Assembly (NCBI GenBank): GCA_965140585.1 | Contig: OZ223267.1 | Coordinates: forward strand, 320,001 to 384,000 | Length of the DNA: 64,000 nt | Direction of reading: 5' to 3' | Origin: Spirochaetia bacterium | GTDB taxonomy: Bacteria > Spirochaetota > Spirochaetia > UBA9216 | Shown here: positions 49,526-59,289 of the stretch, piece after piece | Layout of the letters: every line of letters starts with the position of its first letter | How positions within the stretch are numbered: position 1 is the first letter of the stretch | Translations under genes and position numbers: made by a program | Notes under the pieces: generated by a model | Told to the model about the DNA's origin: nothing | Databases searched by the model: none | Seen by the model: the letters and a program-made list of their open reading frames with translations, nothing else

Positions 49526-51096
49526 AAAAAATCAATCTGGTATTTGTGATTACCGCTGTATTTATACTTGCTGCAGTTGTGCAGGTTTCTGCGCAGGACA
49601 ATATTTACCTTGAAGAGCTTCAGAAGGCGGGTGAAGGTGCTGATATTGTTTTTGATAATTATGTTGGGCCGCATAAAATAATTGATTCTATCGCTGAAAT
49701 CAGGGGAATAGGCAGCTATCTTGCTTCCGGCATTAATGAAGGTGAAACAGAGTTCAGCTACCATGGAAAATACCGGATAATACACGCTGTGGATCCTGAC
49801 ACAGCTGAAGGGTTTGATGCGGACATTTTTATAATTGAACCTGAGGCGGCTGTTGATCATATCGATAACCTAAGAAGGATGATATCTGGTTATCTTGAAG
49901 CTTTTTATGGTTATTCAGGTAAAAACGCAGATACTCTTGCCTTTTTTATTACTGTGTATAATGCCGTTCACAGGCAGGATAACGAATATTTTTCTGCAAA
50001 TTACAAATCAGTTGTGACTGATAAACTTTCTGATGATAAAACCGGCTTATCACTGTCTTATCGTGACTGGCCGGGTAAATCAATGCTTGTTATACCGCTT
50101 ACACCGGCTGCAGGCACAGGAGTTCTTGGAGATCTTGCTTCAGATGTTTTGACCGAAGATGCTGTAATAGGTGTCATTAAGTCGGAAGACGGTATGGGGC
50201 TTGAAGAAAGAAAGGATATGGTGGATCTCAAAGAACAGGAGATAGCCGAAGAGAGGGCGAAGATTGAAGAGGAAAAGCAGGCAATTGAAGAGCAGAAACA
50301 GGAAATTGCAGAAAAACAGGCAGAACTGAAGCAGGAAGCTGATGCGCTGAAAGATGACAGCACCGCTGAAGCAGTCGAGCGAAAAGATGAAATAGCCAGG
50401 GAACAGCAGGCTCTTGATGACCAGACTGAAAAGCTTGCCGGGGATGAGGAGGCTGTTCAGGAAAAGGAAGATACAGTAACTGCGCGTGAGGAGACGGTGA
50501 TCGCTGAAAGAGAAGGAATTGCCACTGATCAGAATGAGCAGATAGCTAAAGAGAACGAGGAGAATAAGGCTGAGGCTGCTGCTGCGGAAAAGAAAGAGAG
50601 CGGAGCTGCAGTTGAAAACGGAATTGTATTTCTTAAACTTTCCGGCTCCGGTGCTGATGTTACTGGTCAGCCCGTCAGGATAAGTACGGCAACCGGACTG
50701 ATTCTGAAGGAATCCGAACTTAAAACAATCAGAGGACGGCATATGTTTGCCGAAAAAAATTCTATTTATGCTATAGCGGGCGAAAGCGGAACAAACCGTG
50801 TAGTATCAATTGTCAGGATAGATCCTGAAACACTTGAGCTGCTTGAAAGCGGACAGGCAGAGGTACACCCTGACAGCTATCTGCTAAAATCAACCGACGG
50901 CTTTTATGCTGTAGTGAATTACAACAGCGGATGGCGAATAGGGAAGTTTGACTTCAGTCTTAAGCTCAATTCAGTTTCCGAGGAAACCGTTTTTACTTCA
51001 ACATATATACTCGAGACGGGTGACTCAATACTTGCCCAGGACAACAGGGGCAAGGTTCTTGTTATAGCTAAAAAGGAGCTTTCCGCGGCAGAATAA
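49522..51096 (+). CDS. P83/100 family spirochaetal antigen
   Basis: NYVGPH...DS..EIRGIG, DADIF, VDHIDNLRR, YNAVHR, WPGK; central Glu/Lys coiled coil. Confidence 0.88.
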   Translation: MKKINLVFVITAVFILAAVVQVSAQDNIYLEELQKAGEGADIVFDNYVGPHKIIDSIAEIRGIGSYLASGINEGETEFSYHGKYRIIHAVDPDTAEGFDADIFIIEPEAAVDHIDNLRRMISGYLEAFYGYSGKNADTLAFFITVYNAVHRQDNEYFSANYKSVVTDKLSDDKTGLSLSYRDWPGKSMLVIPLTPAAGTGVLGDLASDVLTEDAVIGVIKSEDGMGLEERKDMVDLKEQEIAEERAKIEEEKQAIEEQKQEIAEKQAELKQEADALKDDSTAEAVERKDEIAREQQALDDQTEKLAGDEEAVQEKEDTVTAREETVIAEREGIATDQNEQIAKENEENKAEAAAAEKKESGAAVENGIVFLKLSGSGADVTGQPVRISTATGLILKESELKTIRGRHMFAEKNSIYAIAGESGTNRVVSIVRIDPETLELLESGQAEVHPDSYLLKSTDGFYAVVNYNSGWRIGKFDFSLKLNSVSEETVFTSTYILETGDSILAQDNRGKVLVIAKKELSAAE

Positions 51097-51139
51097 AGTT
51101 ATTGGTAAGCGGTTTTACTAAAGTACTTCGCGGTAAATA

Positions 51140-51544
51140 TTATTTTTTGACTCGTGCGAGGCGCTTTTTGATCTTTTGGATTAAGGCGCCCAGCCAGTTG
51201 ATAAGCTTTCTGAGGAAGCCGGGGTTATTAAGCCTGTCAAGCATCTCAAAGGCATCTCCGGCTTCATCTGTGGTAAAGGGTTTTCGGAAGATATTTTCGT
51301 CTATTTCAAGTTCAAGGCTTTCAATTTTATCAGGCTGTTCAATTATGCGCACCGGAACGGTTTCCCAACCGAGAAATTTAACTGCCTGCAGACGCCTTTC
51401 ACCGGCAATCAAAACTTTCTTGTCTGTAACCAGAATAGGATTCATGAGGCCGTGTTTTTCAATGGATCGGGCCAGTGATTCAATGTCACCGAGATCTTTG
51501 CGTATTCTTTTTTTTACAATAATCTCATCAATCTTCAGCTGCAT
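51140..51544 (-). CDS. Stand-alone ParB/Srx N-terminal domain protein
   Basis: LA.SI...GL.NPI.V, IAGERRLQA, ENIFR; ends without an HTH. Confidence 0.88.
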   Translation of the reverse strand: MQLKIDEIIVKKRIRKDLGDIESLARSIEKHGLMNPILVTDKKVLIAGERRLQAVKFLGWETVPVRIIEQPDKIESLELEIDENIFRKPFTTDEAGDAFEMLDRLNNPGFLRKLINWLGALIQKIKKRLARVKK

Positions 51545-51612
51545 ATTAACAGTATATCTACAGCTTTAAAAAAAACAAGTATTTTTTGGAGAGGAAACGT
51601 CCGGCACCGCTT

Positions 51613-54126
51613 CTAATCAAGAAGCGGATTGTAATCCGGATTACTGTCTGTTGTGCCGCCTTCTGTGCCAGTTTCTGAACTAGAGTCCAGTAGAAAATCA
51701 GGTAAATCCAGCTCGATATTGTCGATATTATAAAGCGGTACATCCTCTATAAGCAGGTTGTTCTGAAGCCTCTGAAGCAGTTCTTCATCACGCTGCTTCT
51801 CAAATTTGTGAATGTCACAGGTTTTTTTAGGCTCTGTTCCCACCAGGAAAATCTCATCGATTGTACCGTCATCACAGTCATTTGTAGGGAGCAGTCCTGA
51901 AACACTGCAGACTTTTACACGTATGAGCCCTGATTCCGGTTCAGGAAATTCTTTAATCGGAAGATCTTCATGAATTGATTTCATGTACCGAACCCACCAA
52001 TGGCCGGTCGCAGTTGAACCGGTAAGGTATCGGCCGAGTGAAATTCCCGGGGTATCAAAGCCGAACCACATTGCCGTTGTATAATACGGCGAAAATCCGA
52101 GAGTCCAGGCATCCTGCCAGTTCTGGGTGGTTCCTGTTTTACCTGCCATCGGCATTCCGTCAAAGCCGCCGATTTCCCTGGTTCTGTTATGTAATGTTCC
52201 CCCATACATTTGTACGGTGCTCTGAAGCATATCAGTCATTATATAGGCTTCCTGCGGAGTCATTATCTGATCTTCGCCTTTATTCTTCTGTTTCTCTCTC
52301 AGGCGTTCCTTTTCAGGCTCGAGGATAATATTGCCCTGACGGTCCTCAACGCTAATGATAGCAATGGGAACCACCTCTTTTCCCTGATTTGGAAAGGTTG
52401 CAAAGGCTCTTGCCATGTTAATTGGAGCGAGCGCTGTAACACCCAGACCGAGAGGGAAGCCCCTTGGGAAGAGAGTTTCATCATTACGTTTGTCATAAAG
52501 ACCGGTCATTCTTGATATTCTTTCAATTGCAGCATCGAAGCCTATTTTTTCAAGAACCTGCAGCGACGGTACGTTCATTGAAGTTGCAAGCGCGTATCTG
52601 GCTCTAACTGACCCTTCCCAATCCCCGAGATAGTTCAACGGTTCATAGGGGTTGCCGGCCTCGTCAAAGAATACGATAGGGCCGTCATAGAGCCTGGTTG
52701 CAGGCGTGATTTTCCTTGCTGATATAGCAGCAGAATAATAAAGCGGCTTTATTGATGAGCCGGGACCTACAGTAGCATCAACCGCCCTGTTGTACTGCTT
52801 GGTTTCAAAGTCCGAACCGCCTATCATCGACAGAATTCGGCCTGTGTTGTTTTCAAGCGTTATAAGAGCACCTTCAACTGTTGTTTTCTGGCTTCTCTGT
52901 TTTTCCTTTTTGAATCCTGCCATCGTGGCTTTGTTCAGTCCGCTGAGGCCGAACATCGATGAAATCATGTAAAGTGAAGAGTTCAGGGAGTCGTAGTAAT
53001 AATCGGTAGCAGCCGATTTCTGTTTTGCTCCGGTTACCCTTATATCGTCAATGTTAAAGGTCAGTGAAAGGAGATCGACTATTCCTACAAACTGGTTATT
53101 GACTATGTCGTAGCGCTGATCGGAGTAATAACGGTATCTGTCATTGATATCGATGTAGGCGTCATCCATTATTGACTGAGCCTTCTGCTGGATGCCGAGA
53201 TCAAGGGTTGTATGAACAACATAACCGTCTTTATTTACATCGACTGCCCCGTAAAGCATATCGCTAAGCTGTAGTCTTACATACTCACTGAAGTAGGGCG
53301 CGAGACTGTTATTGTCAAAGTAGGCGCTTGCGATGTTTGATCGGCTGTAGTCAAAATTGTCCCAGTATTCCGCGAATGAATTGTCAGCCTGTTCCCGTGT
53401 ACAGTAGCCGAGTTCCACCATGTGGTTGAGAACATCGATCTGCCGGTCACGTGCTGTATCAGGATGATTGATTGGAGAGTAAAGGGCCGGGCTTGCAAGC
53501 TGTATTACCAGAATTGCGGATTCCGCAAGCGTAATATCACGTGCAGAATGCCCGAAATAGAACTGGGAAGCTGATTCTACCCCATAGGTATTGTGTCCGA
53601 AATATACTTCATTCATGTATATTTCAAGGATTTCATTCTTGGTAAGCGCTTTTTCTATCTGGAATGCATACCAGATATCATTTAATTTTCGTTTGATGGA
53701 TATCACTGATCTGTCTGAATAATGTGCACCGGCAACCTGCATTGTAATGGTACTGAAGCCTGAAAAATAATTACCGGCTACTATATTGTAGACGGCTCTG
53801 AAAAAGTGTTTAAAACTTAATCCGTTGTGCTCATAGAAATTGGCGTCTTCACGGCTTAAAAGGGCATAAATCAGGTGTTTGGGAAGTTCTTCAACCGGTA
53901 CTATTTCACGTTTCTCGTCGGAGAAAAGTTCCGTTATCAGATCACCGTTCCGGTCCAGTATCTGAGTCGGCAGGGCCGGTTCATAGTTCTGAAGATCCGC
54001 CCGGATGTCCGTATTTTTAATTGTGCTGAGGGTTTTCCCGAGTACAACGCCTAACAGGACCGCAAGTATCACACAAACAGCAAGAACTACTTCAATAGTT
54101 CTGCGTTTTTTCTTATTGGAAACCAT
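51613..54126 (-). CDS. Class A penicillin-binding protein (PBP1A family)
   Basis: TM anchor; glycosyltransferase motifs EDANF..H.G and STITMQ; transpeptidase motifs SSIK, SMN, KTGT. Confidence 0.95.
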   Translation of the reverse strand: MVSNKKKRRTIEVVLAVCVILAVLLGVVLGKTLSTIKNTDIRADLQNYEPALPTQILDRNGDLITELFSDEKREIVPVEELPKHLIYALLSREDANFYEHNGLSFKHFFRAVYNIVAGNYFSGFSTITMQVAGAHYSDRSVISIKRKLNDIWYAFQIEKALTKNEILEIYMNEVYFGHNTYGVESASQFYFGHSARDITLAESAILVIQLASPALYSPINHPDTARDRQIDVLNHMVELGYCTREQADNSFAEYWDNFDYSRSNIASAYFDNNSLAPYFSEYVRLQLSDMLYGAVDVNKDGYVVHTTLDLGIQQKAQSIMDDAYIDINDRYRYYSDQRYDIVNNQFVGIVDLLSLTFNIDDIRVTGAKQKSAATDYYYDSLNSSLYMISSMFGLSGLNKATMAGFKKEKQRSQKTTVEGALITLENNTGRILSMIGGSDFETKQYNRAVDATVGPGSSIKPLYYSAAISARKITPATRLYDGPIVFFDEAGNPYEPLNYLGDWEGSVRARYALATSMNVPSLQVLEKIGFDAAIERISRMTGLYDKRNDETLFPRGFPLGLGVTALAPINMARAFATFPNQGKEVVPIAIISVEDRQGNIILEPEKERLREKQKNKGEDQIMTPQEAYIMTDMLQSTVQMYGGTLHNRTREIGGFDGMPMAGKTGTTQNWQDAWTLGFSPYYTTAMWFGFDTPGISLGRYLTGSTATGHWWVRYMKSIHEDLPIKEFPEPESGLIRVKVCSVSGLLPTNDCDDGTIDEIFLVGTEPKKTCDIHKFEKQRDEELLQRLQNNLLIEDVPLYNIDNIELDLPDFLLDSSSETGTEGGTTDSNPDYNPLLD

Positions 54127-54132
54127 GAGATT

Positions 54133-54161
54133 ACAGTAGGGGCATGGCGGACTTTTGTCAA
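54133..54161 (-). promoter_or_regulatory. sigma70 promoter of PBP1A, likely leaderless
   Basis: TTGACA-N17-TACTGT, then 6 nt to ATG with no SD. Confidence 0.6.
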
Positions 54162-54174
54162 TACTGGATGGTGT

Positions 54175-54210
54175 AAAAAAAGGGGCCGGACTGCTGGGCA
54201 GGCCGGCCGA
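54175..54210 (-). terminator. Rho-independent terminator
   Basis: Minus strand GGCCGGCCTGC/GCAGTCCGGCC stem then CCTTTTTTT. Confidence 0.75.
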
Positions 54211-54294
54211 AAATGTGTCGGTAAATATAGTAAACTGGGAGGGGAACTATATTAAGTCCCGACACAATTATTATCGACTTCTGTGTAAAAAGAT

Positions 54295-55281
54295 TTAGTT
54301 CTCTTCTACAAAAATATCAAGAAACAGTGAAATTTTACAGTCTTTTCCTGGTGTTACAGTGATTTTTTTGCTTATTTTATAATCACCATATTTAATGAGC
54401 ACAACATGCTCTCCAGGGAGCAGTTCAAGTGTCTTTCCGGCAGGATATTCAATCTTTTCTCCGTCGATGAAAACATCGGAATTTTCCGGTACATCGAGCA
54501 TTGCCGAGCTTTTCAGAATCTCAGGCTCAAGATTCAGCTGAAGTGTTTCTCCCTTTCGAATTGTAACAGTCTTTCGGAGAGGCGCGGCGCCTTCCATATC
54601 AAGATTGACTGTATGTGTACCGGTTTTCAGGGTAACTGTTTTTTCGGAAGCAGAAAGGCGGCTGTTATCGACCCTTAACGTATATTCAGCATCGGACAGG
54701 CTGTCAGCTGTGTTTATTGAGATATTGAGGACACCTGAATCACTGAGAACCGGGCTTACACTGATTTCAAAACTGCTTGAATACAAGCTTGAAGGAAAAC
54801 CCTTCATCAACGGCAGTATGGTAAACATCACCGGAAGATCAGCCTTGGCCAGAGGGCTGGAAATGACTGTTGTATAGGGAGATGTTTCAGTTTCAAGTTT
54901 TTTAAGGTAGGGTATCTGTATATATATCTTCGCGGCATCTGAAAGAAACAGTGTGTCATACTTGCTTCCGTAGTATGTTCCGATACCGGTACTGATTTCC
55001 GGTGATATACGCTTGTAGATGCTCAGGGCAAAGCTGTTGCTGTATTCCCTGAGATCGGAAGGCAGTTTCAGTTCAATCTCAAAGCCTTCGACAAAGTCTG
55101 AGGCCGGATCTACGGTTACTGCGAACACATCTTCGATATTCATTAAGAAGGAAACAGCATTGCCGGATGAAGAATCAGAAAGGGAAATGCTTTCAACGAC
55201 CTTCCCTCTGATATTTTCGCCGTAGGCCGCCGCAGCTGAGTAGATTATTATCAGAATTAGTGCCGAAAGTTTTCTTTTCAT
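54295..55281 (-). CDS. Exported hypothetical protein with C-terminal PEGA-like domains
   Basis: Signal peptide; P.MKG motif; VFIDG...L.PGEH. Confidence 0.7.
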   Translation of the reverse strand: MKRKLSALILIIIYSAAAAYGENIRGKVVESISLSDSSSGNAVSFLMNIEDVFAVTVDPASDFVEGFEIELKLPSDLREYSNSFALSIYKRISPEISTGIGTYYGSKYDTLFLSDAAKIYIQIPYLKKLETETSPYTTVISSPLAKADLPVMFTILPLMKGFPSSLYSSSFEISVSPVLSDSGVLNISINTADSLSDAEYTLRVDNSRLSASEKTVTLKTGTHTVNLDMEGAAPLRKTVTIRKGETLQLNLEPEILKSSAMLDVPENSDVFIDGEKIEYPAGKTLELLPGEHVVLIKYGDYKISKKITVTPGKDCKISLFLDIFVEEN

Positions 55282-56225
55282 TACTTCAGACCGGGGGTCA
55301 GAACAGATGGATCCCTTGAAGCTCCGCTCCGTCGAATCTCAAAATGCAGATGAGGTCCTGTAGAACGGCCGGTAGTTCCGACTTCCGCTATCATCATAGT
55401 TGAATTTACTTTATAGTGCAACTCAACAAAAATTTTATTTAGGTGCCCGTAAAAGGTGCTGTATCCGCCGCTGTGCTCTATAAGAATGTAGTTTCCGAAT
55501 GTTTCATTATAGCCTGTGTCCGTAACTTCTCCTTCTCGGGCCGCGTATACGGGAGTCCCCTCGGGGGCTGCGATGTCTATACCGTCATGAAAGGTCGGGT
55601 GCCCTGAGAAGGGGTTCTTTCGCATCCCGTATCCTGAGCTTACAATTCCGTCAGGCAGGGGGTTGGAGAATAGAATCCCGAGAAAATAGGCTCGTTCTAT
55701 GCTGTGAAATGATTCACCGTGTATAAAATAGTAATTTCTCAGTTCAGATTCAGAATCAGATACCGGCATATAAATGCCGATCTCGTTTTCATCAGTAAAT
55801 GAGGCCATTCTCCATGAATGAAAAATAAAATCCAGATCTTTTACGGGTTTTTCCGGGATGAAAAGCCCGGGCTGGCCGGGAATCAGCAGCTTTCTTCCTG
55901 CGAGGTATTCTGTTGAACTGTATATGCCGTTTATAGTTGCAATGCTCTCATAGCTCAGGCCGGCGGCAGCTGCTATTGAAAAGACTGTATCACCGGCTTC
56001 CGCTGTATATTCATAAAGCATTAGCGGAGGCAGGTCTTTTCGGGAGGCGGCCGCACGGTGGTAAAAGGAAATATCCTCCTGCAGCTGTCTGAAGTAGATA
56101 TCATTGAAAACCAGTTTCCGGATAACCGGATAGCGGTCTGCAGCCGCGGAGAGCGGGAGTACTATGGCTGTCAGCAAAAGCATTGAGATTACCATGTGCT
56201 TCGGAAAAATCCGGATGAAAAGCAT
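55281..56225 (-). CDS. LysM + M23 family metallopeptidase
   Basis: GDTVFSIA (LysM); HDGIDIAA, YGHL, STGPHLHFE. Confidence 0.92.
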   Translation of the reverse strand: MLFIRIFPKHMVISMLLLTAIVLPLSAAADRYPVIRKLVFNDIYFRQLQEDISFYHRAAASRKDLPPLMLYEYTAEAGDTVFSIAAAAGLSYESIATINGIYSSTEYLAGRKLLIPGQPGLFIPEKPVKDLDFIFHSWRMASFTDENEIGIYMPVSDSESELRNYYFIHGESFHSIERAYFLGILFSNPLPDGIVSSGYGMRKNPFSGHPTFHDGIDIAAPEGTPVYAAREGEVTDTGYNETFGNYILIEHSGGYSTFYGHLNKIFVELHYKVNSTMMIAEVGTTGRSTGPHLHFEIRRSGASRDPSVLTPGLK

Positions 56226-56395
56226 ATGAAATTATGCAGTAATTATTGCAGATTTACAAGCTTGAGCCATTTTTTAATATTATTTCATTTGCTTGGTGCC
56301 GATATTAGAAAAAGCGGTTATAATAGAAAGGCGATGTCGTTGACAGCATTCGCTCATAGAATTACAATCCGCATAGTAAGAAAGTAACGGGAGAT

Positions 56396-57409
56396 GTGAT
56401 GCCGAAGCCGGTCCGATACAAAGCGAATTCAATTGTATATTTCAAAGGTGACTCAAATGACTCAGTTTATATCCTGAAGTCCGGATCCGTCATCCTTAAG
56501 TATATTGATATTGAAACAGGGCAGGAGCTTCAGGATATCATAAGTACCGGTGAGTTCTTCGGTGTTAAATCGGCTCTTGGAAAGTATCCAAGGGAGGAAA
56601 CCGCATTTGTTGCCCGCGACTCTGAAATGCTTGCTTTCACTGTTCCCGAATTTGAACAGATTGTCATGCAGAATACCAGAATAATCATGAAGATGCTCAA
56701 GGTTTTTTCCAACCAGCTTCGCAGGATTCACAAGCAGCTTAGCAATCTGATTTCTACCGGAGAAGCTGAGGATCCGGAAACGGGCCTTTTCAAGATAGGA
56801 ACATATTACCAGCAGTGCGGAAAGAACGTTCAGGCACTTTATGCATTTCGAAGATACCTCACTTATTATCCCTCCGGTAAATATGCAAATTCTGCAAGTG
56901 AGAACCTTCAGCGGGTGGAAATACTTATTCAGACTGCACCAAAAGCTGGAGTAAGTTCTTCTGCACCGGCAGGTGTTCAGGTTTCACCCGGTACAACTCA
57001 GGAAAAGGGTACTACCGGCGGTACGATGTCCGAAACTGCAAAGGATTATTACCAGGGTGTGAATCTCTTCAGCAGGGAAAAGTACAATGATGCCCTGAAT
57101 ATCTTCAAGAAAGTAATAACTTCCGGTACAGAAAGTGAATATCAGGCAAAATCCCAGTTTGAGGTGGGACGATGTCTTTTTGCGATGAATAATTTTGACA
57201 CCTGTATCAAGCATTTTTCTGCGATGATTCAGAAATATCCGAAACATCCAGATATGCTTGAAGCTCTTTTCTGTGTTGGAAACTGCTATGAGAAAAAAGA
57301 GGATTCAGATAAGGCTGCAGGTTTTTATAAGAAGATTTTAGCAATGGCCACCGACGGTACTCCTATTCACAGGAAGGCTACCAAGGCTCTTAACGGTTTG
57401 GAAGGATAA
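56396..57409 (+). CDS. cNMP-binding domain + TPR protein
   Basis: GEFFGVKS...PREET; C-terminal TPRs (YL..YP.G.YA, KYPKHP). Confidence 0.85.
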   Translation: MMPKPVRYKANSIVYFKGDSNDSVYILKSGSVILKYIDIETGQELQDIISTGEFFGVKSALGKYPREETAFVARDSEMLAFTVPEFEQIVMQNTRIIMKMLKVFSNQLRRIHKQLSNLISTGEAEDPETGLFKIGTYYQQCGKNVQALYAFRRYLTYYPSGKYANSASENLQRVEILIQTAPKAGVSSSAPAGVQVSPGTTQEKGTTGGTMSETAKDYYQGVNLFSREKYNDALNIFKKVITSGTESEYQAKSQFEVGRCLFAMNNFDTCIKHFSAMIQKYPKHPDMLEALFCVGNCYEKKEDSDKAAGFYKKILAMATDGTPIHRKATKALNGLEG

Positions 57410-57414
57410 GTTTA

Positions 57415-58062
57415 ATGGCACTTGATTTATCAGTATTCGAGAGGTTTGCAAAGACATTCCAGAAAAATGATATTATTTTCTGTGAATACGAGCCCGGTGA
57501 CAATTTTTATCTTATCCAGTCCGGCAGGGTCGAGATTACAAAAATTATGGATAACATTGAAAAGACTATCGATATCCTTAACCCGGGTGAGGTTTTCGGT
57601 GAGATGGCTATCCTCGAAGAAGCTCCCCGGTCTGCAACAGCCATTGCCCTTGATCATGTAAAGGTTCTTGAATTCAACCGTGAAAATTTTGAAATACTTA
57701 TGATGGGAAATCCGCAGATTGCCCTGAAACTGTTGAAGCTGTTTACAAAGCGTATATACGACCAGAAGCGCCGGTTCATGATTCTGACTCTTGAAGATGA
57801 GCAGGCCAGGGTTGCTGATGTTTTTCTTATGCTTAATGAGACAGGAACTGTTGAGGCGCCTTCAGAGGAAGAGAGGGTATTTCATACGAGTGTTGATGAC
57901 ATTGCACACTGGGGAGGAATGTCTCCGGAAAAGTGCAGAACCATTCTCAATCATTTTATGGTTCAGCGCCGTGTTGATATCTTTAATGACAGGATAGTGG
58001 TCCGCAATATCAGTGATTTTATCCGCTTTGTTAATTCAAGAAGGCGCAACGCCAAAGCCTGA
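57415..58062 (+). CDS. Crp/Fnr family regulator
   Basis: GEVFGEMA....PRSATA; C-terminal HTH-like region (DDIAHWGGM). Confidence 0.88.
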   Translation: MALDLSVFERFAKTFQKNDIIFCEYEPGDNFYLIQSGRVEITKIMDNIEKTIDILNPGEVFGEMAILEEAPRSATAIALDHVKVLEFNRENFEILMMGNPQIALKLLKLFTKRIYDQKRRFMILTLEDEQARVADVFLMLNETGTVEAPSEEERVFHTSVDDIAHWGGMSPEKCRTILNHFMVQRRVDIFNDRIVVRNISDFIRFVNSRRRNAKA

Positions 58063-58580
58063 TGAAAAAAATACTGCTTCATACCTGCTGCGGGCCCTGT
58101 GCTACTGCATGTGTTGAGAAGCTGCTTTCCGAAGGATGGGAAACAGATCTCTTTTTCAGTAACTCAAATATATCACCCTATGATGAATACCTCAAAAGAG
58201 CGGAATATGCCCGCAAAACGGCCGAGCACTTTGGTACGGGGTTTATTGAGGATGAGTACAATCATCAGTCCTGGCTGGAGAAGGTTTCAGGCTATGAAGA
58301 TGAACCAGAGAAGGGTTTGAGATGCTCGCTGTGCTTCTCCTACAGTTTTAGCAGAGCTGCTCAGAAGTTCAATGAAGGCGGATATGACGCTTTTACAACA
58401 ACCCTGACGGTGAGTCCGCATAAGATATCAAAAATTATTTTTGAACAGGGTGGAAAATATCCCGGTTTTATCGGGATTGATTTTAAAAAGAAGAACGGAT
58501 TTGCCAGGAGTCTTGAGCTTGCTGATGAGCTTGGACTTTACAGACAGTCGTACTGCGGCTGTGAGTTTTCTATCCGTTAG
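58062..58580 (+). CDS. queH: Epoxyqueuosine reductase QueH
   Basis: LLHTCCGPC, RC..C, FTTTL.VSP.K, YRQSYCGC.FS. Confidence 0.93.
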   Translation: MKKILLHTCCGPCATACVEKLLSEGWETDLFFSNSNISPYDEYLKRAEYARKTAEHFGTGFIEDEYNHQSWLEKVSGYEDEPEKGLRCSLCFSYSFSRAAQKFNEGGYDAFTTTLTVSPHKISKIIFEQGGKYPGFIGIDFKKKNGFARSLELADELGLYRQSYCGCEFSIR

Positions 58581-58608
58581 ATTTTCATCCGCTGATAAAG
58601 GTCTGTGT

Positions 58609-59289
58609 TCAGGCTGCGGGCAGCGCAATATAAAACATGAATAGATAATGAACTACAGCTCCGGCAAGTACGAAGATATGCCATATTTCGTGGAAGCCGA
58701 ATTTGCCCGGTATCGGATTCGGTTTTTCGATATAAAAAATTACAGAACCCGCCGAATACAGAATTCCACCCACAAGTATCAGCAGAATACCTCCAACACC
58801 AATCGCAGGCATTATATGAACCACCATGGCAATTCCTACCCATCCCATACAGACATACAGCGTATTAGTAAACCATTTGGGAACGTTGGGAAATGCTGAT
58901 TTTATAGTAATTCCCGCAGCGGCAAGTGCCCAGATTACTCCGAAAGTACTCCATCCCCAGGCGTCACGGCTTAATATAAGGCATAACGGTGTGTATGTAC
59001 CTGCTATCAGCAGAAAGATCGCCAGATAGTCAAAGAGTCTGAAAAAACCGTCGAGTTTTTTGGAATGTGAGATTCCGTGATGAAAACTGCTGGCAAGAAA
59101 CAGCAGTACAAGACTGAAGCCGTAGAGAGAAAAAGCTACAATGTGCCATATCTTACCGGCTGTCGCTGAAAGTGTGATAAGCAGAACCGTTCCGAGTAGT
59201 GAGAAAATTGCTCCGGCCATGTGGGTGACTGTATTAATTACTTCATCAGTTACGTGGCGACTGCCATCTTTACTTAGACTGTTTTCCAT
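58609..59289 (-). CDS. Hemolysin III / PAQR (TrhA-like) membrane protein
   Basis: E..N..TH, S..HH, D..AIFLLIAGTYTP, HEIWHIFV; start set at ATG 59289. Confidence 0.92.
   Translation of the reverse strand: MENSLSKDGSRHVTDEVINTVTHMAGAIFSLLGTVLLITLSATAGKIWHIVAFSLYGFSLVLLFLASSFHHGISHSKKLDGFFRLFDYLAIFLLIAGTYTPLCLILSRDAWGWSTFGVIWALAAAGITIKSAFPNVPKWFTNTLYVCMGWVGIAMVVHIMPAIGVGGILLILVGGILYSAGSVIFYIEKPNPIPGKFGFHEIWHIFVLAGAVVHYLFMFYIALPAA

Noticed and set aside
50058-50742. Long antisense ORFs and repetitive-looking sequence in P83/100
   Set aside because: By-product of Glu/Lys/Gln-rich coiled-coil codons, not true tandem DNA repeats
51102-51569. 155-aa plus-strand ORF opposite the ParB-like gene
   Set aside because: Antisense mirror with Ser/Phe/Leu-rich composition; the minus strand carries the conserved motifs and promoter
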